Below, in pieces: positions 15,158 to 26,458 of a stretch of 64,000 bases of DNA. The DNA lies in the NCBI GenBank assembly GCA_000934665.2, contig KZ538088.1, positions 1 to 64,000 on the forward strand, written 5' to 3'. Source of the stretch: Catajapyx aquilonaris. Taxonomy: Eukaryota. Made by a program: the position numbers and the translations under genes. Numbering within the stretch: the stretch's first letter is position 1; every line of letters starts with the position of its first letter. The notes under the pieces are model-generated. The model had not been told where the DNA came from. It searched no databases and was given only the letters and a program-made list of their open reading frames with translations.

Positions 15158-18100
15158 ATGGACGGAAAGGAGGAAGCAAGTCGGTCCACGTCTCCTGAGC
15201 ACCAGACAGAGGAGACACCGTCCCAGCAGCAGCAGAAGGAGGAGGAAGAGGTGACCCCGACGGCGCCCTTGGATGACCCGGCGGCCAAGGAGGACACGAC
15301 CTGGTGGAAAGACGAATCCGGGAAGGAGCTTCTGCACAGCTCGCTCAGTACCGACTCCGGTTGCGAGATAGACTTCGGGTCGTCGTCAGGGTGCGAGGAC
15401 TCCAGTACGGCCAAGAGAAGTGTTCCGCCCATCACGGTGATACCCCCTGTGGACGCTTGTGGACAGTGCGGAGGGGACAGCACGATGGCTGCCAAACGGT
15501 GGTGTCGGGCCAGTACCAGCACCAGTACTCCAAGGGTGAGCCAGGACGATATCGTGGAGGTGCATGGTAGCTTACCTGAGGAGGGGATCAGGAGGATGAT
15601 GGGTCATCGGGGGAGCAGGAGCGGAGAGTGTCAGAGGCCATTGTCCAGCAACACCATCGGGATCATACATAACGTCGAAGGACAGGATCGAGTCAGGTAG
15701 GACATTTTCAAATGCATTGCAGGGAGTTTCTCCAGGAGCTTCTCTGGAAGTTACTTGATATAAAATAGAGAGCTTGGTGGGGTCGTCATACACAACTGAT
15801 TTATGGGAGGGTACGGGAGTGTATCGATCGTAATGGGGCGATGGCCTCCTTTTTTTATGCCCCACCTCCCCCTCTTTCCCCCTATCCTCCTGGCGTCCTG
15901 ATGGAGGAGGAATATACCCCCACGATCACCTGGCAACACCTTTCGTACTCCATCAGGTGGAAGCTGAATGGATGCGGGGAATTTTGCCTCGGATTTTTTT
16001 TGCACGTTGAAGGCTGTGGAGGCCACTCGAGGCACAAGTCATACCGTGTACGGGTAGTGCACAGTGCCCAGAGCCAACATTTGTATCCTTCACAATAAAG
16101 TAAGTCAAGACTCAGGTCGAGTCACTGTGACGGGCAGTGACATTGCTCGGAATTAACTATATAACAATGGGAACGTTCAGGGAATGTTTTGGTTATCGGT
16201 AACTGCAGATAGGGATGTGATCACAAATAGCGTGTCGCTAATAGATGCCGGAACTGCATAAATGGTCTAAAACAGAAATGTCGCGCAAATACAGCAAATC
16301 GCTACAATCGAATATCAAGTGTCACACACCGACATCAATACCGCAAATTCGATAATAATTGTTCGTTATTTTCCTCCCCAACTTATTGATTATGCTTTAT
16401 TGATAAAATTTAGCAGCCATACATCCAGGCTGTGATTTATTAACATGCACTTTCTAACAAAATATTTTATCGAGATTCCAACCACGAACTGCCCAAGCGA
16501 AGCAGTGAGTTATGTAATTTTAAATTTGTTCAGGTTGCTCATAACTTGAGGCAGTTTGTCCATAGATGTCAGGGGTGTAAAGATGATGTTTCTGGCCAGA
16601 GTGTGACCGTGCGTGACATGGGGGTGTGGGTGGGTGTCTGTCGGCATATAGGCAACAATACTCTTGTAGGACCAGCATGGATATCCGGGCCTCCCTGTAA
16701 AATGGCCGTGTTGCCAGGCAGAAATGCCTGCGCGGATGTGGAGTGAACTAATCCAATTAGCATGTCTGCCGTGTGTTGCTACAAGCGGGCGACCCGCAAT
16801 TCCCGTCGCCCCATTTTGAATGCGGATGGCCCACCCCCACCCCCTTCTTCCTAGGTGCCGGAAAGTGGGCCCGCTTCGGATGCAATAGGGCCTGGCTGCT
16901 TCCCTAATTAAGTCTAGAGGAACCCAAGAATATCAAAGTTTGGACTTCCGTCTGGTGGATCCATGCTGAGGAGGAGGGCCCGGAATTAGCATGGTTAATT
17001 GGACTTGATAGGGTGGCGCCGATTTCACGGCGTATTTTTTGAAGGACGTAGGTAGTAGTGGCACGTATATATAGGGGACGGATATATCGATGACCAGTGC
17101 ATGTAATTACGGGTGCTGCATGAATGGGGCCAGCAGGACAGGGCTTATATGGGACACCTGCAGTGTACAATGGGCGTGATTGGGGCTGGCCCAGCGTGTC
17201 CGTATATCATTTGACCTAAATAGGACACTGTAATTAATTTAAATATGAATGACATGTATTGGAAATATTCTCGGGTTATTTTATTGGTTATCCTTATTAT
17301 TACTTATCACTGGTTATTTAATTATTAGTTGTTTTAGTAGTTATTTTTATAAGTTTCATTAATTATTTTTTACTAGCTGTTTAATTTGTTAATCTTATTG
17401 GTTATTTTCATTTATTACTTATTTTATCGCTGTTATCAGTTATTTCATCCTAATTATTAGTTATTCCTTTTATTTGAACCCTAATTATCATTTAGTTATT
17501 TCAGTTATTTAATTGGTTATTTTGGTCTTGTTGTTAGTTGTTTGCTAGTTATTTTAAAACACGCCAACTGGCTGAAATTCCGTAAGATAAAACTCAAGGT
17601 TGGTTATGATAACAGGGTGTGTCGAATATCCCGAACTGTTGCGCTTTGTGTCGTGTCTGGGATGACATGTCGCTCGAGCGTGAGATGCTTCCCTCTTCCT
17701 CTGGGAAATTCCGCGAAACTTTCTTCCTTGTGAAGAATTGGCGAATATTGGCCGTGGCCTCAGTACGTCTCTGGCTGGCTTGCTGTATAGAGAGTCATTC
17801 CGTCCTGCAATACACAAGTGCAGTGCACGTGAAGGTCGTGCACACTTTTCAAATTTTTTTTTTGCGAACTGGTAGATTTGAGTGGTGCTGCCATCTTTCG
17901 TATTGTTGCCGCCATTTTTTGCACACTCCAGTGACTGACTCTTCCAAGGCTAAGAAAATGTGACAGGCTTTGAGGTGCAATGCTGTACACGTGTGATTTA
18001 GCGCTGGCTGCTTCGAGGTGTAAGTTACAGACAATTTCTCGCTTTTTATTTATTTAAAAAGGCTAATATTTTGCTGTTTTGTTGGGGGGAAGCTGCAACA

Positions 18101-21100
18101 GGTGTCACATTTTTCGGGTAGTTGAGTTGTCTTGGAGGAAATATTTGCGCCGGAAATGCACGTTATGTCACATGTTGTTTTTTTTTGCAAGGTTCGGGCA
18201 ATTTCTGAGAACCATTGTCGCCCTTTTTTACCTGTTGCCCTGACGTAGAAAGGTAAAGAACAGGTTATGTAACCTAATTTCTGCGCGATTGCTGATTCTT
18301 GCTATGCTAAAAGCTGCGTACGCCTTTTTTATGTTCGGTTCTAAAATACACCGCCTTGGGTCGTTGGCCTTGGTTCACGTTGAACACACCTAGTCTTGAC
18401 ACAAGGACGGGGGCCGATGTTTTTCATCCGGCAGATTTTAAAGTCTGGAGCCAAACTGTATTGTTGAGCCAATAATACCACGCCCTTAAATCATGCAGGA
18501 CGTGTACTTCTGAATTATTTATTCGGGCATATACAGTGCAACAATAGTTCGTCGAACCTTTTGGCATCTGGTCATTTCTGAAATAATAACCGAGGGCCAA
18601 CTACTAACAAGTAGGTTAGTAGGAGGAATCTGAAGCAAACGTGTTTTTTTAGCAGTGTACTGATAGTGAAAGGATTTTTATCAAAAAACAGGGTGTCGGC
18701 ACACGTTTTCTTTGGAGAGGTCAGTCATGTTAGAAGGCACCACCTCCTATGTGGGCCGAGGTCCCCCTTGACGGGGGTCAACCGGCATTCAGAAAGGTCC
18801 AGTTGGCTTCGAGCATTCTGCAAGGGCGGTCAAGTGAATTATTTTTTTATCATCTGGATTCAGCAATAACACTTCATATAAGTAAGTCTGACGCAAAAGG
18901 CATGAGATTTTTTTTTTTTTTGAACCTAACATATGTGTATGCTGCACAGAGATAACAAAAGTGCCCTCTTTATACTTGATTCACGGCCAAGTGTCTCTAA
19001 ATTTAGAGCCTAACCTCTCGAGGAATTTTTCCTACGACATAACCTCTCCCAGAGTCACTTTTTTTTTCTTCCTTCGCATCTTTGTGTCTGGTTGCATCTT
19101 TGATGGGTCGATTTCCTCTCTCACCAGAAGGTTTTTGTCTGTTCTTGTGGGCCTCTCAGAACCTACTTTACCAAGCTTCGATCGGCACTTTGGTCTTGGA
19201 CCTGAGGAAATTGGACGGAGTTGGCCAGTTGTTAAGGTTTATTGGTCTCTGCGGAGGATCAGAACGATTGCCAAGGATTTTTTTGGGGGGACTCGTGTGA
19301 CCCGTTTGCTTTATCCAATACAAAATGGCGGGTTTCCTAAAATTGATGCGCGGCCTTCGGATTGTATTAAAAGGGCATCAAGGCCTTCGACTTTGTAAGA
19401 GGAAGGACAGCCAAAGAAGGCCCTTTCCTCAAGATGCAAATGCACGGCCGCGATTGTATTGCCATCAACAGTTGGATCCTGACCAGAAGTTTTCTTCCCC
19501 GAGCCATAAATCCTAGCGGGCAGGTTTAATTGTGTTGATTTCTTTTTGTGCGGAAGTTGTAGTTCCCATGGTTTGGGTCGGTCGTCAGTAGGTACGTCAC
19601 GGAAATAGAAGGTTGGCGTGAATAACAGTCAGAAGCTCGCTGGGATGGGTACTGGTACGTAGTGCATTGTTGCCACACATTAATTCCAAGGTTCTGAGGT
19701 TACTAGTCTAATAATTTATTCTACTGACCATTGGCTCTAGGTACGTGTCTAAGCAAACTATGTAGTGGTCATTCGCATTGCTTGAATTAGCCCAACTCAC
19801 TCATTCACTCCGTTTCAGTTCGAGCCCTGTGTTCAACTGTGAGATCCTGGAGACGGCCTCCTTGAGCGAGGAGGAGGCCTGGGACGTGGCGGACCTGCCA
19901 GAGGAGCCCCTGATGGGAGCAGACCATGACTCCAAGGCACCCACACCTATGCTGTTGCCACCCCTCAGCACCAGGAGCAGCTCCACAGCATCCATGCCCA
20001 TCTGCAGGATCTGCCATCTGCCCACGGGCGAAGGAGGGGACTACCTCATCTCGCCCTGCAGGTGCTCCGGAACCATGCGATACGTTCATCGTAGTTGCCT
20101 CACGGTGAGCCAAGTTCAGGTGTAGACCGCTGTGGATACTACACATTCACAAGCATAGTATGCAGCGGTATGCATCCTGAAACAAATTAATACAATTGAA
20201 GCATCGCAGTGAGTCGAGACAAGTTCAGATTTAGTTACACCCCTGTGTATATTAGCACACATTCACAGGCTTAGTACATAATATCATAGAATGCAGCGGT
20301 GTGCATCCTGAAACCAATTAATATAACTGAAGCATTGTCCGCTGCCAGTAGACATGGTGCAGAGAAGACAGAGACAAGAAAAAAAAAATCCAATTTCAGT
20401 TTTATGGCTGAGAAAGGCTGGGGTTACGTCTTTTCATCTGGAACAGCTTGTAGAATACTCTGGGCATTCTTGGATTTTAAATGCCTTATTTCGTAGACAG
20501 AGTTGGAAGAGGAGGGGTGGAAAAAATAGGATTCGTGGTAATAATGGAGAATTCGGCCTCAATACGTATGCAAATGGGGAAGTGTTTCTCATAAGTTCCA
20601 GTTTCCTTGGACTGAATGATATCAACTTCCCAAGTCCGAAGTACAACTTGGCTGGCAGAAATGTTGCAGAAGTTTGGGGGGTGGCTTTGCTATTTATAAT
20701 GGAAAGGAGGCAGTCTTGCATCACTGTATGAAAAATTAACCATTCCCTGAACTTTTACTAGCAGTGGTTTTGGTCTGCTTCCACTCCAGGTTGCTTGTGG
20801 AAGTAGCAGTGTCACTTCCTTGTTACGGTCTGGATTAATAATTCAGCATCCATGACTCCTTAAATAAGCTGAGTGAATGGGTCTATATTTAAGTCATGTT
20901 ATTGGAGTCTCATTAATGGAAACATTGCACCAGGCTTACAATAGGAGTTGTTGGCAAGGGAGTTGGCAAAACCACATTGTTAGGAAAGTTCTCGACACGA
21001 TTCACAAGTTAATATACATGGCAGAGAAAGCATCAGTGCAAAGAGGCAAGGTGAAAAATACTTCCAAGGCCAATTTGTTTAGAGAGGAGGAGGTAACCTT

Positions 21101-22933
21101 TGCTAGCAGGAAATATCAGAACTTGGGTGGGCCGCCCAGACAAATAAATGAATATGGGGAAGAATATGGGCTTCTCTTTTTACCGAGCGGAAAAATATAT
21201 GCAGATTCACGACACTATCGTTTCTTTATTGCAGAAGTGGCTGGAGGTATCCAACAAACGATCGAACAAGATGCCTGCATGTGAACTGTGCCAGTACCAG
21301 TACCACCGACACAAGAAATTCAGCGTAAGTTAACCTTAACCTGTAACTTTGCCACATGAATGCATTTCTTGACAATATATTATCTTCTGCCTGCAGGTAA
21401 CGCACTTGCAGTTTCCGTCATGCTCCACACGGGACAAGATCCTCCACCTGGCTTTCATCTTCAGCCTGGTGGTGATGGTCGCCTGTGCCACGATCACTGT
21501 CCTGTGCTTCAAGCAGGTTAGGGATGTGCCCCTTAACCTACTGCTAAAGGTCCATCTCTGAGACTTTCCCAGCCTAGCATAACTATAGATTAGAAAACAC
21601 AGTCCAGCTTGCTTGTCTCAAGCATGTGAATTCGTCATTAGAATAGTTGAGGACTCTTTTATGCAGTTCTTCTCCTGAGGATAATGTACTTTATGTTATA
21701 CAGGGTGTATCTGAACTCAGTGCCCCGACGTATATGACTGCCTTCCTAGCCACCAGAGGATCGATTTAAGTATAGGAGTCATTATGTTTGGCCGCCGCAT
21801 TACGGAGATAATTGGCCGCAAACATGTAGTACAAAATACCCTGTCGGTTAGGCCACCCATCGAACCCTCCCCCAGTCAGAAGGCTCTGGAAGGTCTGGGG
21901 GCGGGACTTTGTTGGTTTGTTGCCCACAGGTGGTAAGGCCTCTTTGGCTAGTTACACCAGAAAATTCTATTTAAAAGTCAGAAGGAGCGATTAGGCAAAA
22001 ATCGCTAAAGAGTGTATCTCCGTAATGCGGCGGCCAAACGTAATGATTCCTATACTTAAATCGATCCTCTGGTGGCTAGGAAGGCAGTCATATACGTCGG
22101 GGCACTGAGTTCAGATACACCCTGTATACAGAGAGATGCATGCTAAAAAAACATCTGTATGGATCAAATGGTGGCACTTTCACTCAGGGCAATTTATTGT
22201 GAGAATCTTGGTGCACAGCCCAACTCAAATGCGATAATTATATCAGTTGCCGTAAAGACTGGGAGATGTTATGTCATTACGACAGGCTGTGTGGGAAATT
22301 TTAATTGCGTGACATAACTTTGCGAGGTCCTTGTTTCCATAAGTTATCATGTCTGGGGAGTAAGATACAGAAATTGGCTCATTTAGCTCTTTGATTACAG
22401 AATTTCTGTGCCAGTTTTTGACGTCAATGTCGTAATTCACTTTCACGAGAAGTACTTGTCATGCAAAATGTTACGTACCGTATACCTAATGGAAAGGACT
22501 AGTTTTAGTATTGATAGACTTAGTTTTTCACATGCATATTTCGTTACGCATGAATTTAATTCTGTGATGCTTTTTGCACTATTGGCAACTAGCAAGCAGG
22601 TTTAACTGTGTATAGTCATGTAGAGCAATTGATTTAACAACTAGTTCTAAGCAGACCAGTGTTTAGTTACCTTACTCTTCTCCCAAACAGGAAAGAGAGG
22701 TGAAGCGTGCAATGCAGAACCAGGCAGAGCTGACAGACACGGAGCTGGTGACCCTTGTGTGTGGGATACTCTTCTTCCTGGCCTTCTTTGTGGCCATGTA
22801 CGTTGAAGTGAAGGCCAACCACACCATATACAAGCTTGTGGTCAAGTTCTTCTACATGAACCAGCAGTGGTCCATAGATGAATATGACTACCGGAAGGAC
22901 TGCCGGGCGGGGAGTCCAGTCAATCCCGCCTGA
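15158..22933 (+). CDS. MARCH-family (RING-CH/RINGv) transmembrane E3 ubiquitin ligase, ~425 aa, MARCH2/3-like architecture
   Basis: Exons 15158-15696, 19819-20104, 21235-21324, 21397-21516, 22691-22933; all GT-AG and phase-compatible (1278 nt). RING-CH: CRICH...[21 protein letters not shown]...CELCQY, followed by two hydrophobic helices ([44 protein letters not shown]). The first coding exon is the least certain. Confidence 0.85.
17275..17550. repeat. AT-rich low-complexity (TTA/TTAG/TTAT) tract in MARCH intron
   Basis: Composition read directly. Confidence 0.7.
21701..22124. mobile_element. Tc1/mariner-type MITE, ~110-bp TIRs, TA TSD
   Basis: TA|CAGGGTGTATCTGAACTCAGTGCCCCGACG...CGTCGGGGCACTGAGTTCAGATACACCCTG|TA; arms nearly identical. 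Confidence 0.92.
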
Positions 22934-23628
22934 TACATACAGTGGGGAGGGACTAAAGGCAGTAGGAAAAGTTGTAAATATAGCCAGCAAGTGCCTATGT
23001 CATCAGTGGTATAACAGGACAGTGAGTGCATTCGTGAAGTTTGTCGTGTATGGTGGACATTTTTTGACTTGGTTTTTTTGTATGGAGCCAGAGAAAGTGT
23101 TCAGTAAGAAAGACGCTGGCTCGTTCTTGCACCCGCCTCATACTCTTTTTCATTCGTTACAAGACTGACCGCCGTTGCTTTAATATTTTTTAGAGTCGTT
23201 GCAAACAGCTTGTCAATCATGAAAGCTGGATTACAGTCATTTCAATTTCCCCCAAGCCGCTCACATTGAGAATCGGATGATGCAGCAAGTGCACTTACAC
23301 ACTGTAAAGACAAAGCTAAAACTACTCGAGTTTTTTCCGTGCCTCCGCTAGAACAGTGTAGCACAAGAGAATGAGAGCTTAACAATGCATCCCTCAGTCG
23401 TAGTGTGGCGGTTGAAGAACTTAATGACACACGTTGGACACAATCTTGTTGCAAGTGAGACGTCCACATGTGGGAGGCTGACCTGCAACATCCTCCAAGT
23501 CTGTGAAAAAGTGCCAGTTACAATATTACTATGGACAGCAGCGTCCTGGGGGGGGAGAAAAAAAAACAACCCCTAAATCCAACAGCTTATTGGGTAAGCT
23601 TTTAGGTCTGTGGTAACTTTTGTTTTGC

Positions 23629-23634
23629 AATAAA
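23629..23634 (+). promoter_or_regulatory. Candidate poly(A) signal of the MARCH gene
   Basis: AATAAA ~700 nt after the stop, followed by GT-rich sequence. Confidence 0.5.
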
Positions 23635-24059
23635 GAATCAGTGGAGTTAGAGTTGTGGTGGTTTTAAATCTCAACAACAGTGCTGGTTACCTGTAAAGTT
23701 GCAAGGTCATTTCCAAGGCATCATAGGGGCATCATCACATCAAGAGCTAATAACTGAGAGCATGTGACAAGTCCTTTGCCGTGACTGAACGTCTGATGGA
23801 CCAGGGAAGTGTTGCGATTAGTTTCCCTCTGGCGCGACTAGGCCGAACCAAGAAGGAAACCTTTGTCCCTCCCACTGAGGCGTGGCTTCTTCAGGGGGTC
23901 AACTCTTTCTGTTCCCCATTTATCACCTTAGGTTGGGGTGGGTAAGAAGAAAGGCCCCAGGGCTCCTGGTCTTTGACCCCCCTGCCCAGAATGGGGTAAG
24001 ATAAGTCACACCCTCCCTAATCTATCCTCCTCGGGCTTATCACAGGTAGGGAAGTGAAC

Positions 24060-24355
24060 CTTAATCCGCAAACTTTTTTAAGGACGCACCTTTTTGCATT
24101 TTTGACGGCAAATATGAAATATTCTAAGGTGTCGAAAATATCTTTTCATACTCGATTCGTACCAGGCATGTCACAAACAGGCCCACGGAAACCCATGTGT
24201 ATACTAAGAAAACTTGTTGAAGTTATCATGCTAGATCTACTTTTGACATGGCTGGTATGAATCAGGTATGAAAATATAGGTTTTCGACACCTTAGAATTC
24301 ATATTTGCTGTCAAAAATGCAAAAGGGTGCATCTTCAAAAAAGTTAACCGATTAG
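24060..24355. mobile_element. Degenerate MITE/foldback element (~110-bp imperfect arms)
   Basis: ttttgcatttttgacggcaaatatgaa..ttctaaggtgtcgaaaa mirrored by ttttcgacaccttagaattcatatttgctgtcaaaaatgcaaaa. Confidence 0.75.
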
Positions 24356-24647
24356 TTTAGAAGGCCCACTACCCCCCCCACTACCCCCTACTACTACCAT
24401 GACCAGCCCAAACCCTTGCACTGTTGCAATTTACAGGTCTACAATTTTTTTTTTTAAGTTCATCATGTTCTGATTCCTACTATAGATCAAAAATGCACTT
24501 GTTATTGATTTTTATTTAAGTTTTGCCAACGATTAAAAACAATCAAAAACGCGCCGGTTTTGATCTAACGCATCTGGTGCACCCGGCACTAAATCTTTAG
24601 CTGATGACTCGCAATCATCTTGATTTGTAAGGAGCTGTGGAGCCTAT

Positions 24648-24945
24648 AACAACAAAAACAACAACACAATCACGACATTTCCCTATAAGGGGTAGTCAGC
24701 GACGACGCATCGGCCTAATTCTGGCGCAAGGCTTAACACCGACGCCAGGGGGTGGTCCTCCGCCTGGAAATTTGGCCACTCTGGGGATCTTTAACATGCA
24801 CTTGCGCAATGTCACAAGCACATGGGATCGACGGCTTTACTTCCCCTCCGAATGAAGGCGCTTTCTCAACCTCGGCCAGGTTCGAACCCACAACTTTGGG
24901 ACTAGAGATGAGCGCGCTAACAACCAGTCCACCAGCGTCGGTCAT
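24648..24945 (-). mobile_element. tRNA-derived SINE
   Basis: Minus strand has an A-box-like tggtggactggttg, B-box GGTTCGAACC, a GC-rich body and a (TTG)n tail. Confidence 0.7.
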
Positions 24946-25010
24946 ATGACACTACTGTATTAATTTGTAGAACAATAAAATAATTATGTGCAACGAGTTA
25001 CAGAAATGAA

Positions 25011-25400
25011 CCGAAGCAGTTTGGTGGAGTGGATAAGGTGTTCGACTGCTAATCGGGAGGTCCTGGGTTCGAGTCCCGTGGCCGGCAATCCTAACCGTGG
25101 TTTTCTGTGGTTTCCCAATGTCCCTCCAGGAGAATTCCGGGATTGATTCCTAAATAATAGGCCACAGCCGCTTCCTTCATTTCCTATCCTTGTCCCAACC
25201 ATGAGGAGGTGCGGTGTCGGTGGGGAGTGTCTGACCCGCACCTAGGGGGATCATCTTGGCGAACAGGCCCCCTGAGGGACTGCACACGACCCCCAACCAT
25301 GAGACATTGCACCTGCACCAGTGTCCCCTGCACCGGATGGTGGTATTCCATTCCCCTAAGAGGGCCTAGGGCCCTAGCATGGTATTTAGGGGGGGGAAAA
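25011..25400 (+). mobile_element. tRNA-derived SINE (head-to-head with the previous SINE; 3' end approximate)
   Basis: A-box tggtggagtgg, B-box GGTTCGAGTCC, then SINE-like body gtggttttctgtggtttccc...aggccacagccgcttccttc. Confidence 0.7.
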
Positions 25401-25646
25401 AAAGTTACTGAAATGAGGTGGTCACATTTAAAAAAATTCTTCCTTGGATAATTTCTTGGAGGCTACAAGCAGTGAAATACATTATAAACAAAAGGCATAA
25501 ATGGCCTTCCTGTATTTTAGGGAAATGCACTTAAAATATATATGATGTACCCGTATTACTATTGCACTCACTCTCATATCTAGATTTTCATGCAGAAAAA
25601 ATGGGGGTTTAACATCTGTTTCCTAGTTAAAGGGAGCAAGTTGACC

Positions 25647-25726
25647 TGTACATGGACTACCCTTAGTGAATAACCCCTTGGGCGGCCAAGCCCAAGGGGT
25701 TATTCACTAAGGGTAGTCCATGTACA
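25647..25726. repeat. Perfect hairpin, 37-bp arms with 6-nt loop (TIR-only element, TA-flanked)
   Basis: tgtacatggactacccttagtgaataaccccttgggc-ggccaa-gcccaaggggttattcactaagggtagtccatgtaca. Confidence 0.9.
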
Positions 25727-26458
25727 CTTTCGTGGGTAGTCCATCTATGCAAAAAAAATGAGGTGGCTGCCCAATGGCCTTTAGGGGATGTCATCAGCAC
25801 CCTGTGGACAGAGTGACAAAGGGGGATGGAGAAACTTCAACCTGGGGATCTTTCATGCCCTCTCACCTGAACTTGAACCTCTGCCGCCCGCTGCCACTCA
25901 GTTCATGTCACATTATGACCCTGCCAGGCGAAAGTTGACTGTTCAGGGGTGCCGTCACTGCCTGTGTCTTTGGAACAGCTCTTATGGAAGCCCCCAAGAA
26001 GACCTACACAGTTTGCCATGTGCTTTTGATTTCCATTTCCATTACTTTTTGTAACAAAAGCTCATTTTATTATCAACACACTTTTCTTTTCGGAAAATAT
26101 ACATTTATTAAACCCACAAAATTTGCATTGGATTGTGAACTGCAGTCTTGCAGCCTTTTTATAACAACATGGAACTTGACAAGTGTATATGGATACCAGT
26201 ATGATTGCATTGACTTTGGCTTCTTTATCATATAAATAAATAAGTAACAAAGCCCTGTACATTAAGCAAAGTAGCAAACCTTAGAAATATTGAGCATAGT
26301 TGCCATAAAAGAAACCCACAACTTACTAACAACTATGCATTTTCCCTGCTAAACTGCTCCCAAAAAATGAACAGAAAATGCTTTATCTTGGGCAAAGGGG
26401 GGCCAATAAAAGTGACTCACTGGAAGCTCTAAATGACTCGATGCACATTCTTTGTAAC

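Noticed and set aside
25011..25086. tRNA gene (anticodon GCT)
   Set aside because: Imperfect acceptor stem, no long Ser variable arm, and runs directly into a SINE body; treated as a SINE head. The same applies to the heads at 24945, 35274, 38484 and about 49000.
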